DNA of 44,326 bases from an uncultured bacterium (GTDB lineage Bacteria > Hydrothermota > Tepidihabitantia > Tepidihabitantales > Tepidihabitantaceae): positions 1 through 44,326 of the forward strand of contig CAZQFS010000004.1 of NCBI GenBank assembly GCA_964592755.1, written 5' to 3'. Shown here piece by piece: positions 25,956-34,921 of the stretch. Numbering within the stretch: position 1 is the first letter of the stretch; every line of letters begins with the position of its first letter. The position numbers and the translations under genes are program-made. The notes below the pieces were generated by a model that did no database searches, was not told the origin of the DNA, and worked only from the letters and a program-made list of their open reading frames with translations.

Positions 25956-26345
25956 TCAGAGGTAGCGGGACTCAAAGGGCTTCATCTGCCGGTGGGTGAG
26001 GCCGCAGAGGTGAAGCAGGCCGTGGAGTACCAGTCGCCGCAGTTCGGTGCGGTAGGCCACGCCGTACGCACGCGCCTGTCGCCGCGCCTGGTCGCGGGAA
26101 ACGTAGACCTCACCAAGCAGAGAAGGCTCGTGGGGACGCAAGGGGCCGAGGGTGAATGATAGAACATCGGTAGGGCGGTCGCGCCCCAGGTAGCGCCGAT
26201 TCAGGTCCTGGATGTAACGATTGGAGACAAAAACGACATTGATCCGGGTGCCGTCTCGTCCGAGGTCGCGCCCGACCCAACGTGCAAGCCTTCTGACTTC
26301 GGCCGTCAGCCCGCGGTCGGCCGTGCCCAGGACACTAGCCTTCAT
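25956..26345 (-). CDS. ybeY: rRNA maturation endoribonuclease YbeY
   Basis: 129 aa. TDVLSF and the metal site HGLLHLCGLTH (HGxLHLxGxxH). Confidence 0.9.
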   Translation of the reverse strand: MKASVLGTADRGLTAEVRRLARWVGRDLGRDGTRINVVFVSNRYIQDLNRRYLGRDRPTDVLSFTLGPLRPHEPSLLGEVYVSRDQARRQARAYGVAYRTELRRLVLHGLLHLCGLTHRQMKPFESRYL

Positions 26346-27339
26346 TCGCCGCGGGCTTTGCCTCGTAGGCCTTGATAATGCGCGAGACGAGCGGCGGCCG
26401 CACCACGTCGGCTTTGGTCATCTGGACGATGGCGATGCCAGGCACGCCGCGCAGTCGCTCCTCGGCCTCGACCAGCCCGGACACATGAGTCTGTGCCAGG
26501 TCAATCTGGGTGATGTCTCCGGTGACAATCGCCTTTGAGTTCCAGCCCAGCCGGGTAAGGAACATCCTCATCTGGGTGGGGATGGTGTTCTGCGCTTCGT
26601 CCAGGATGATATAGGCATCGGAAAGGGTACGGCCGCGCATGAACGCTAGGGGTGCAACCTCGATGACTTCTTCTTCAATCAGGCGCTTGGTTCGCTCCAT
26701 CGGCATCATGTCAAAAAGCGCATCGTAGAGCGGGCGCAGGTAGGGGTCCACCTTCTCCTTGAATGTGCCCGGCAGGTAGCCGAGTGATTCGCCCGCCTCG
26801 ACCGCGGGCCGGGTGAGGACGATGCGACTCGAGCGACCGGCGACGAGCGACTCGAGCGCTGCCGCCACCGCCAGGTAGGTCTTGCCCGTACCCGCCGGCC
26901 CGATACAGAGCACGATGTCGTTGCGGCGAATCGCCTCCAGGTAATCCTGCTGGTTTCTGGTCTTGGGCACGATGACCTTACGCGGCGTCCGCAACGTGCG
27001 CACCTCGCCGGGTACATGACCCGTTTCGGCTTCGCGAACCGAGGGCGCATTCACGGCCACGCGCCGGACCTGGCTTACCTCCGCGTCGACAAGTTCCGGG
27101 GTGATACTCTCGCCCTTCCGACACCGGTCAAGAAGTCGGGCCAATACCTCCTGAACCTCTGTTTCCTCGGCTTTGGGCCCGGACAGGATGAGCTGTCCGC
27201 CCCGGCAGACAAACCGGGTCCGATAATGCCGGCTCAGGGCGGTAAGATTGCCGTCGGCCGGGCCGAGCAGAAGAAGAGGGTCAACGTCCTCTATCGACAG
27301 CGTGCAGTCCGAACGCTCTTCCTTGGAGTTATTCCTCAA
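26335..27339 (-). CDS. phoH: PhoH-family ATPase
   Basis: Walker A CIGPAGTGKTYLAV, Walker B YIILDEAQN, GDITQIDL. Confidence 0.92.
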   Translation of the reverse strand: MRNNSKEERSDCTLSIEDVDPLLLLGPADGNLTALSRHYRTRFVCRGGQLILSGPKAEETEVQEVLARLLDRCRKGESITPELVDAEVSQVRRVAVNAPSVREAETGHVPGEVRTLRTPRKVIVPKTRNQQDYLEAIRRNDIVLCIGPAGTGKTYLAVAAALESLVAGRSSRIVLTRPAVEAGESLGYLPGTFKEKVDPYLRPLYDALFDMMPMERTKRLIEEEVIEVAPLAFMRGRTLSDAYIILDEAQNTIPTQMRMFLTRLGWNSKAIVTGDITQIDLAQTHVSGLVEAEERLRGVPGIAIVQMTKADVVRPPLVSRIIKAYEAKPAANEG

Positions 27340-27455
27340 TGGGGTCTGACGGCCGATAGCGCGGCCGGCCGGTCAAATGGGCCTGGTGTTTCCAACTGCA
27401 GGGCTATTCTAGCCCGCCGGCTCGGTCCGGTCAAGCAGACGCCCTGGCGGGCGGC

Positions 27456-29759
27456 TCACCTGTACCGTATGAGCGCTGGCTGTCCATTCGCAAACCGCAA
27501 GGTCAGACCGCCGTCGCTCCTCGTGTTGACGTATTCCACTGTCGGGCTGGTCAGACGTGCCTCGAGTCTCGCCGGCGTCGGATACCGGCCCATTGCCACC
27601 ACATAGCGCGGCTGCACCAGTTGATACAGTTCCGGCCGGTTGCCCTTTCGGCTGCCGTGGTGGGGAGACTTGAGCAGGTCGGCGGCAAGGAGCGGCGCAG
27701 GCAGCAATTCGAGCGACTCCATGTCGCCGGTGAGCAGCATGGTGAATCCAGCGTGTTCGACGCGCACGACCAGCGAGACGTCATTGGTCGAGCTGAGACC
27801 CTGCTCATACCGGCGGCAGGCGGCCGCATCAGGCCAGAGAAACTCGCATCCGAAGCCGCATCCGGTCAGTCGGCTGCCCTGCGTGACCGGCACGACCTGA
27901 GCGCCGCGCCGCCGCATGGTCCTGAGCAGCTCAGTGAATCCCGACTCGGCACGCACCACCGCCGGTATGATGACCCGCCCGACGCGACACCGGTCATCCA
28001 GGTCGAGCAGCCCGCCGTAGTGGTCGCGGTCCGGATGGGTGATAATGACCGCGTCGAGCCGGCTTATCCCGCGGCAGCGCAGATAGTCCCGCACAACCCC
28101 GACCCGGTCAATACCCGCATCAAGTAGCACCCGCCGCCCGAGCGTATCCTCCAACAGCACCGCGTCACCTCCTCGCGGGTCGAGAAAGACAACCTGGGTC
28201 ACCGGCCGGCGGACGACCGCGCACCAGACGAAGACATTCGCCCCGACGGCAAAGAGCATCAGGGCCAGAACTCGCAGGGACCGGTGCAGGGCGGCAAGAG
28301 ATACCGCGTAGGCCCAGAAGACCCCGAGCCACGGGAGTTGGCCCGGGCAGAACATCGCCCAGCGCAGTCCGCCCAGGAGCAGCGTCAGTCTGAGCAGAAA
28401 CCAGAGCACCGCCCAGAGCGCACCGGCAAAGACGGCAGCGGCCCAAGCATTTATCAGGTTGGCGAGCACCAGCGTAAGCCCGAGCGGCATGGCGAGTGCT
28501 ACTAGCGGCGCCACGACCAGACTGCTCAGGAACGCGAGCGGCTGGACTTGGAAGAAACGATGCAGCATCAGCGGTGCGGTCGCGATGGTTGCGGCCAACG
28601 AGATACCCAGCGCCATCAGGCCTGCTCGCAGTCGCCTGGGCCGGACGCGAGTCAAAGCCGGCTCGAGGCGCCCGGTGGCGAGGACGATTCCCAGTGTCGC
28701 GGCAAAAGACAGTTGCGCGCCGGTATTGAAGAGCGTGGCCGGGTCGACAACAAGCAGCGCCAGCCCGGCCGCGGAAAGGCTGGCCAGGGCCGTAACCCGA
28801 CGTTGAACTGGCACGGAAAAGAGCACGGCCAGGGCCATGATACCAGCCCGCGCGGGCGCGGCCGAAAACCCGGCCACCGAGACGTAGCCGAGCACGACCA
28901 CCGCGCCGATGCCGAACCGCCACCATCCCCGGATGCCGATGGCGCCAAGCAGGAGCCAGAGCGTGCCGACGACGATAGAGACGTTCATCCCCGACACAGC
29001 GAGGATGTGCACAATCCCCGAGTCGGCAAACGCCTGGTGTGCGTCGTCGGGCAGTCCTTGTCTGCCGCCGACCAGCAGCCCGGCAAGGAGCGCGGCCTCA
29101 GGCTCGGGGAGCAACTGCTCGACCGTCCGCAACACATGGCGCCGTACCGGCATTTCCACGCACCTTGTCCAGAGAGAACCCCGTCCTCGACCCACCACGG
29201 TGACCTCGGACGAGCCAGCAACCGCGGTCCCGACCACACCTTGTTCCCTCAGCGTCCGATTGGCGTCGGGAAGTCCTGGATTGCGCGGGAGGTCGAGCGG
29301 TCGAATCCGGGCCGCGACCGCAAGCTCATCTCCGTAGCCGGGCCGGACCATGCTGTCACGCAACCAGAGCACGACTCGTCCTTCCAAAGGCGAAGCCAGG
29401 GCAAGGGAGTACCGAAGCCCGGCTCCACGGCTCGGCTCCTCCACCACCGTGCCCCTGAACTGCCGTACCGCGAACGTCTCGGGCCTGATCGGGCTGGCAC
29501 GCCGCGACCCGGCGTACACAAAGGACGCCCCGACCAGTGCCGCGTATAGAGACAGACCGCGACTCCACCAGGCCAGCCCCAAGCCCAGGCCGACTGCGCC
29601 CAACGTCACCCATACCGGCGCCGAAACGACCCGAGCCAGACCGATGCCCAGCGCCACCGCAACCAGCGCCCGCACCGCTGCATGGCGCATGCCCAGCGAG
29701 TTCATTGCGAATTGAAGCCTGGTCATTCCCACCTGCGCGGCTTTACTTCGAGCAGGCAT
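27456..29759 (-). CDS. comEC: ComEC/Rec2 DNA-internalisation competence protein with C-terminal metallo-beta-lactamase domain
   Basis: 767 aa. Polytopic central competence domain (GIVHILAVSGMNV). C-terminal MBL motifs VIITHPDRDHYGG, GDME and SPHHGS. Confidence 0.88.
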   Translation of the reverse strand: MPARSKAAQVGMTRLQFAMNSLGMRHAAVRALVAVALGIGLARVVSAPVWVTLGAVGLGLGLAWWSRGLSLYAALVGASFVYAGSRRASPIRPETFAVRQFRGTVVEEPSRGAGLRYSLALASPLEGRVVLWLRDSMVRPGYGDELAVAARIRPLDLPRNPGLPDANRTLREQGVVGTAVAGSSEVTVVGRGRGSLWTRCVEMPVRRHVLRTVEQLLPEPEAALLAGLLVGGRQGLPDDAHQAFADSGIVHILAVSGMNVSIVVGTLWLLLGAIGIRGWWRFGIGAVVVLGYVSVAGFSAAPARAGIMALAVLFSVPVQRRVTALASLSAAGLALLVVDPATLFNTGAQLSFAATLGIVLATGRLEPALTRVRPRRLRAGLMALGISLAATIATAPLMLHRFFQVQPLAFLSSLVVAPLVALAMPLGLTLVLANLINAWAAAVFAGALWAVLWFLLRLTLLLGGLRWAMFCPGQLPWLGVFWAYAVSLAALHRSLRVLALMLFAVGANVFVWCAVVRRPVTQVVFLDPRGGDAVLLEDTLGRRVLLDAGIDRVGVVRDYLRCRGISRLDAVIITHPDRDHYGGLLDLDDRCRVGRVIIPAVVRAESGFTELLRTMRRRGAQVVPVTQGSRLTGCGFGCEFLWPDAAACRRYEQGLSSTNDVSLVVRVEHAGFTMLLTGDMESLELLPAPLLAADLLKSPHHGSRKGNRPELYQLVQPRYVVAMGRYPTPARLEARLTSPTVEYVNTRSDGGLTLRFANGQPALIRYR

Positions 29760-29851
29760 GAGCTAGACTATTGGCTGTGCTCGACCGCATCCTTGCCCTT
29801 GCCTGCCGCCCGCACCGGCTCCCCTCAAAGCTCGCCGACCGCGTCCCGGTA

Positions 29852-30661
29852 ATGAAGCTGCTCGACATGTTCTACGGCCTCTCACCCGGGGCCGGCCGCC
29901 TGCTCTGCTGGTTCTGGTACCAGCACATGAGCCGCCTCGACAAAGACGTGGACATGACCTTCATGAACTACGGTTACGCCGACCTCGACCCCGCCGCCGG
30001 CCTGCTCCCGCTTGACCCTGAGTTCGAGCCCGACCGTTACTGCATCCAGCTCTACCATCACGTCGCCTCGCAGGTGGAACTTGCCGGCCGCGATGTCCTT
30101 GAGGTCGGCTGTGGCCGGGGCGGCGGGGCCGCCTATGTCGCCCGAAGCCTTCGTCCCCGTTCGACCGTCGGCATGGACCTGGCCGGCAAAGCGGTTGACT
30201 TCTGCCGCCGTCACCACGTCGTGCCCAGGCTCAGCTTCGCTCAGGGTGCGGCCGAAGCCCTGCCGTTTCCCGACCAGTCCTTCGACGTCATCCTCAACGT
30301 CGAATCCTCGCACTGCTACTCCTCCATGGACCGGTTCCTGACCGAAGTCCGGCGGGTCCTGCGCCCCGCGGGCTTCCTCCTCCTCGCAGACCGTCGTGAG
30401 CGCAGCATGGTTCCGCTCCTGCGTGAACAGATGAACCGGTCTGGCCTTCAGGTTTTGTCCGAGGACCGGATCACGGCCAACATCGTCCGGGCCCTCGACC
30501 TTGACGACAGCCGCAAGCAGAGCCTGATTCACAGCAAAGTCCCCGTCGTCCTGCGCAAGGCATTCAAGCACTTCGCGGCCACCAGGAACACGTCCCTCTA
30601 CCGCGCGTTCTGCGCCGGTTCCTGGGAATACCTGAGCTTCGTACTCCGCAAACCCGCCTGA
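29852..30661 (+). CDS. Class I SAM-dependent methyltransferase (resembles the Rv2952-type O-methyltransferase family, from memory)
   Basis: ATG at 29852 preferred over the TTG at 29771. Motif I VLEVGCGRGGGAAYV, FDVILNVESSHCY, VLRPAGF. Confidence 0.8.
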   Translation: MKLLDMFYGLSPGAGRLLCWFWYQHMSRLDKDVDMTFMNYGYADLDPAAGLLPLDPEFEPDRYCIQLYHHVASQVELAGRDVLEVGCGRGGGAAYVARSLRPRSTVGMDLAGKAVDFCRRHHVVPRLSFAQGAAEALPFPDQSFDVILNVESSHCYSSMDRFLTEVRRVLRPAGFLLLADRRERSMVPLLREQMNRSGLQVLSEDRITANIVRALDLDDSRKQSLIHSKVPVVLRKAFKHFAATRNTSLYRAFCAGSWEYLSFVLRKPA

Positions 30662-30673
30662 CCTTCGGCCGGC

Positions 30674-32398
30674 TCAGGCCGCGGTCTGCGGTCTGGGCCT
30701 GAGCCAGACGACCAGGGTCTCCGCGACCATCCACACTTCAAGCGCCAGACATACAACGCTTACCCCGAACAGAAGCCAGTTGTGGCTCGCGGCAAACTGG
30801 AGCGCCTTCTGGACCAGGGCCCAACTGGTCATGACAAGCATGAAGAAGGCGGGCCCGAGCGCGAGCCAGTAGTACCTCGTCCTGGGCCTGAGCCAGGCAG
30901 AGATAACCAGCAGCGCCAGCCCGGCCAGCAACTGGTTGAGTGCCCCGAAAACGGGCCAGAGTTTCAGTGCACCCGCGCCATTCGCACCGGTGGCGAATGC
31001 GAGTGCGCCCGCGCTGACCACCGCCAGCGTGGTTGCGGACCATCGTCCGCCCAGTGCCGGGACCCGTGCCGCGGTCGCCAGTTCGCTGATAACGTAGCGT
31101 TGCAGGCGCGTGGCGGTGTCGAGCGTGGTACCGGCAAAACTCGCGACCAGTACACCCATGACCGCAATCGCGGCCCCGGTCGGTATCCCGAGGCTGACCA
31201 GCAGATTGGCCGCACCCGTAACAAAGGCAGCAAGATTGGCGTTCATCCCTTCTGCCGCACCCCAATTGGCATAGTGAGTCGTCCAGGCCTCGACCCCGGT
31301 AAGGACAGTTCCGTCGGCTGCGCGGTAGGCCATGCCGATTCCGGCGCAGCAGGCAATGATGACCAGCACCGCCAGCGCCGACTCCACCAGCATCGCGCCA
31401 TAGCCGACAAACAGGGCATCCGGCTCGCGGGCCACCTGCTTGGACGATGTCCCGGACGAGACCAGTGCGTGAAACCCGGAGATGGCACCACAGGCAATCG
31501 TGATGAACAGCACCGGCCAGAGCGAGGGAGCGCCCGGCACGTCGCTGCGGAAAGCGGGCGCGACCAGTGGCAGCCGACCACCCAGCCCGGCGACCAGGGT
31601 TCCAAGCATCATCAGGGCAAGAGCCACCAGAAGTTCCCAGGCGTTGATGTAGTCACGCGGCTGCAGCAGGGTCGTCACCGGCAGCACCGATGCGACAAAG
31701 GCATACACGAGCAGGATGACGGTCCATACCCCGGTCGCCGGTACGCCGAGAACCTGGGGCATCAGCAGCGGAAACCGCCAGCCGACGAGAATCGTCGCGT
31801 ACATCAGCAGCACCGCGGTCACGTCCAGCAGCAGCAGGCGGCCGCCCATGTGGCGTCGGTAGACCAGCCAGCCGAGCGTCATCGCAATCGGAATCTCTGT
31901 CCAGACCGGAATCACCGCGGCGGGGAACCGGTTGAAGATAATCGCGATAACCAGCCCGAAGATGGCAATCACTACCCAGAGAATCAGCAGTACAACAAGG
32001 AAGAAGATGAGCCGCACCCGCGGGCCGATCAGTTCGCGCGTGATGTCGGCAATGGAACGCCCCTGATTGCGAAGCGAGATGACCAGCGCCCCGAAATCGT
32101 GGACCCCGCCCATGACAATCGAGCCGACGAACACCCAGATGAATGCGGGGACCCATCCCCAGATGACGCCGATGGCCGGGCCGACTATCGGCCCGGTGCC
32201 GGCAATGGAGGTGAAGTGGTGACCGAACACGATGATGCGTCGCGTCGGGACATAGTCGTTGTCATCACGTTGGGCCACTGCGGGAACCGGCGCGTTCGCA
32301 TCGATGCGGAAGATTCTCCGGGCTAGGAACCGGCCATAAGTGTGGTAAGCCACCAGGTAGCCGACGAAGGCGCCTACCATCAGAAGAACAGTGCTCAT
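30674..32398 (-). CDS. cstA: Carbon starvation protein A family transporter
   Basis: I used the internal ATG at 32398 (MSTVLLMVGAFVGYLVAYHTYGRFLARRIF...), which is the canonical CstA N-terminus. The 83 upstream codons of the track ORF are Arg/Pro-rich. Polytopic; FGHHFTSIAGTGPIVGPA and ACGAISGFHALVSSGTSSKQ. Confidence 0.9.
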   Translation of the reverse strand: MSTVLLMVGAFVGYLVAYHTYGRFLARRIFRIDANAPVPAVAQRDDNDYVPTRRIIVFGHHFTSIAGTGPIVGPAIGVIWGWVPAFIWVFVGSIVMGGVHDFGALVISLRNQGRSIADITRELIGPRVRLIFFLVVLLILWVVIAIFGLVIAIIFNRFPAAVIPVWTEIPIAMTLGWLVYRRHMGGRLLLLDVTAVLLMYATILVGWRFPLLMPQVLGVPATGVWTVILLVYAFVASVLPVTTLLQPRDYINAWELLVALALMMLGTLVAGLGGRLPLVAPAFRSDVPGAPSLWPVLFITIACGAISGFHALVSSGTSSKQVAREPDALFVGYGAMLVESALAVLVIIACCAGIGMAYRAADGTVLTGVEAWTTHYANWGAAEGMNANLAAFVTGAANLLVSLGIPTGAAIAVMGVLVASFAGTTLDTATRLQRYVISELATAARVPALGGRWSATTLAVVSAGALAFATGANGAGALKLWPVFGALNQLLAGLALLVISAWLRPRTRYYWLALGPAFFMLVMTSWALVQKALQFAASHNWLLFGVSVVCLALEVWMVAETLVVWLRPRPQTAA

Positions 32399-32507
32399 TA
32401 TGGGACCGAAGTCTATTGCCGCCAGCCGGTCGGTCAAGCAGCGGATGCGGACCAGGCGCGCCGGGTAGGCGACATGCCCAGAAGCGTGGTCCGGGGCAGC
32501 GCGGGGA

Positions 32508-33767
32508 CTACAGGCCGCTGTCGGCCCGGTCCTGTCCTGAGAACCTGCTCTGGTAGCGCCGCCAGGCCAGCTCCCGGTTGCGTTCCATCTCAGCAACCGT
32601 GTCTTCTGACTCCTGGGTCTGACCGAGGAAAAGCTGGGCGTCGGCAAGCAGCGTGTATCCGGCCTGGTCGTTCGGGTTCAGTCTGGTAGCACGGCGCAGA
32701 ACGTCGACCGCTCGGCGGTAGTCCTCTTTGTCGAAGCAGAGCGAGCCGAGCAGCGAGAAGTACTGCCAGTCCTCGGGGCAGAGGCGGGTTGCCGTTTCCG
32801 CGGCGGCAATCGCGCTGTCAATCCTTCCTGCCGCGCGGTAAACGCGGCTCAGGCGGAACCAGGTGTAGGCATCGTCCGGGTAACGCCGGGCCAGTGCCTC
32901 GGTGGCGGCAACGGCCTCCGGCAGCATGTGGAACTGCTCATAGTAGCCGCTGGTCGCTTCCGGGTTGTCGGCGAACCGCTGCCTGATCACCTCATAGGTA
33001 TCAAGGGCATCGTCGGTTCGCCCCATGCGGTTGTAGCAGTCCAGCAGGTAGAAGTACGACGCGGGCTCATCGGGCTCCTCGGTCGTCGCCCGGCAGAACT
33101 CGGCCGCCGCCTCATTCCACATACCCTCCAGGTAGTAGTCACGACCCAGCCGATGGTGCGGGTTCTCCACGCTCGGGTCCGCCGACTTGGCCCGCTCGTA
33201 CTCGGCGAGTGCGTTCTGAAACTCGCCGCTCAGCGCGTAGGCAATGCCCAGCGACATCCGGGCACGGACGTTCTTGGGGTCGAGCTCGACCACGCGCTCG
33301 AATGCCGACACGTCCTTGTCCTCGTCATCGGTGTATTCGTGGAGGATTCCCAGCCCAATCAGGATGTCAACGTCGTCCGGCAGCAGGCTCAGCGCCTTGC
33401 CAAACAGGTCTTCCGCGCGGGAGAAGTTGGCCAGGAAGAAGTAGCGCGTCGCTTCGCAGGCAATCGCATATGGGTGATGAGGGTCCAGCTCCAGGGCGTG
33501 GCGACAGATGTCTTCCAGGGTTTCCTCCTCGGAGAGGAGGTTGGCACACATGGCGGCCAGATAGTGTACGTGCAGGTTGCTCGGTGCCATGCGCAATGCC
33601 TCGAGCAGATAGCCCAGCGCCTCTTGTTCGTCCTCGCGGTAGAACGCGCTGCGGCCCGCGCGAAAAAGCTGCCCGGCCGAAGGCGCCCCCTGCAGGTGTT
33701 CGGTTGTGCCGGCACGCTGGGGCCAGCGGTACGGCCGACGGGGCTCGAATCCGTTGCTCACATCCAT
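32508..33767 (-). CDS. Tetratricopeptide (TPR) repeat protein
   Basis: 419 aa with repeated 34-aa A/Y/L patterns (ALGYLLEALRMAPSN, AEDLFGKALSLLPDD, ALAEYERAKSADP, AIAAAETATRLCPED, AVDVLRRATRLNPND). Confidence 0.8.
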   Translation of the reverse strand: MDVSNGFEPRRPYRWPQRAGTTEHLQGAPSAGQLFRAGRSAFYREDEQEALGYLLEALRMAPSNLHVHYLAAMCANLLSEEETLEDICRHALELDPHHPYAIACEATRYFFLANFSRAEDLFGKALSLLPDDVDILIGLGILHEYTDDEDKDVSAFERVVELDPKNVRARMSLGIAYALSGEFQNALAEYERAKSADPSVENPHHRLGRDYYLEGMWNEAAAEFCRATTEEPDEPASYFYLLDCYNRMGRTDDALDTYEVIRQRFADNPEATSGYYEQFHMLPEAVAATEALARRYPDDAYTWFRLSRVYRAAGRIDSAIAAAETATRLCPEDWQYFSLLGSLCFDKEDYRRAVDVLRRATRLNPNDQAGYTLLADAQLFLGQTQESEDTVAEMERNRELAWRRYQSRFSGQDRADSGL

Positions 33768-33948
33768 ATTGTAGCGTCTTCCCCCGGTCTTGCAACACCA
33801 CGCACTTCCTCGGGAACCCGCCGTTGAGTCGCGAAAGGCACGCCGAGCTCCTGGCCCTCTGCGCGGACTTCGGTCTCGTGGCCGTCAATCCCGGGATTGG
33901 AGACTTCACTCGCCTTCATCCGTGCCCGCTGATTCCGACCTACGGCAG

Positions 33949-33977
33949 TTGACATCGGGCCGCGCCGGTTCTATATT
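33949..33977 (+). promoter_or_regulatory. Sigma70-type promoter (TTGACA-17 nt-TATATT), 10 nt upstream of the methyltransferase ATG
   Basis: TTGACA at 33949-33954, a 17-nt spacer, TATATT at 33972-33977. The ATG is at 33988 with no Shine-Dalgarno sequence in between. This implies a leaderless or near-leaderless mRNA. Confidence 0.5.
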
Positions 33978-33987
33978 GGCCGTGCCC

Positions 33988-34758
33988 ATGGTTCGAGACC
34001 CGTTCAGCCGGTTCGCGTCCTACTATGACCGGTTCATGGTCAAGTACGTTGACTACGCGGGCTGGATTGACTACCTTGAGAAACTGTTTCGCCGCTTTGG
34101 GGTCCGGCCGAAGACCATCCTCGACGTCGCCTGCGGCACCGGCATTCCCTCGATTCTGCTGGCGCGGCGCGGCTACGGGGTCACGGGTGTGGACCGGTCC
34201 CCGGAGATGCTCGAGGTGCTGGAGAAGAAACGCGGCAGCCTGCCGATTAGCACGGTGCGGGCCGACATAAGGGACTTCCGCGCCGGTCAAGGTTTCGACG
34301 CCGCCGTCAGCCTCTACGACAGCATCAACTACCTGCTTGTCGAGGAAGACATGGTGCGCTGCTTCCGGTGCGTGCGGCAGGCCCTGCGCGAGCACGGCCT
34401 GTTCGCTTTCGACATGAACACGGTCTACGGTCTGGCCGAGTTCTGGGGCAACCGAACCACGATGCGCGAGACCGGCGGGATTCAGTCGGTCTGGCGCAAT
34501 ACCTACGACCCGGAAACCAGAGTCTCCAGCCTGCATCTCACCTTCTGGGAATCCCCTGGCCCCAATCGAAGACGCGGCTCGGCATCGTCCCCCGAACCGA
34601 GAAAGTTCGAGGAGTTGCACCAGGAGCGGGCATATCATCGCGAAGAAATCGAGCGCAGCCTGCGTGCTGCCGGATTCAGGGAGGTCTACTTCTACCAGCA
34701 CGGCAGCTTCATCGAGCCGGGACCGTATACGACCAGGATGATGGTCGTGGCGCGGTAG
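33988..34758 (+). CDS. Class I SAM-dependent methyltransferase
   Basis: I used the internal ATG at 33988 (MVRDPFSRFASYYDRFM...). Motif I ILDVACGTGIPSILLA, post-I GVDRSPEML, FDAAVSLYDSINYL. Confidence 0.85.
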   Translation: MVRDPFSRFASYYDRFMVKYVDYAGWIDYLEKLFRRFGVRPKTILDVACGTGIPSILLARRGYGVTGVDRSPEMLEVLEKKRGSLPISTVRADIRDFRAGQGFDAAVSLYDSINYLLVEEDMVRCFRCVRQALREHGLFAFDMNTVYGLAEFWGNRTTMRETGGIQSVWRNTYDPETRVSSLHLTFWESPGPNRRRGSASSPEPRKFEELHQERAYHREEIERSLRAAGFREVYFYQHGSFIEPGPYTTRMMVVAR

Positions 34759-34767
34759 GATGGTTTG

Positions 34768-34862
34768 CCCACAAAGACGAGAATAGGAAACCTTGTCCCG
34801 AAGCGCGGTTTGGACTTCTGCTCTCTGACGTCTGAACTCTTCGCTTCTGGTGTCTTTGTGAC
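34768..34862. repeat. Degenerate cargo-less copy of the AAGACAC-type inverted-repeat element
   Basis: Left arm CCCACAAAGACGAG (34768-34781). The right-arm reverse complement (34843-34862) is GTCACAAAGACACCAGAAGC. Both share the CACAAAGAC(A/G) core with the arms at 36692 and 37913. Intergenic. Confidence 0.4.
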
Positions 34863-34921
34863 TTCATGGTCAGACCGCCGGTTCCGCCCTGTCCTTTGAC
34901 TTGGGGCGCGGAGCGGCTAGA

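Noticed and set aside
30782-32326. 514-aa plus-strand ORF
   Set aside because: It is antisense to cstA. The product is extremely Arg/Gly/Asp/His-rich.
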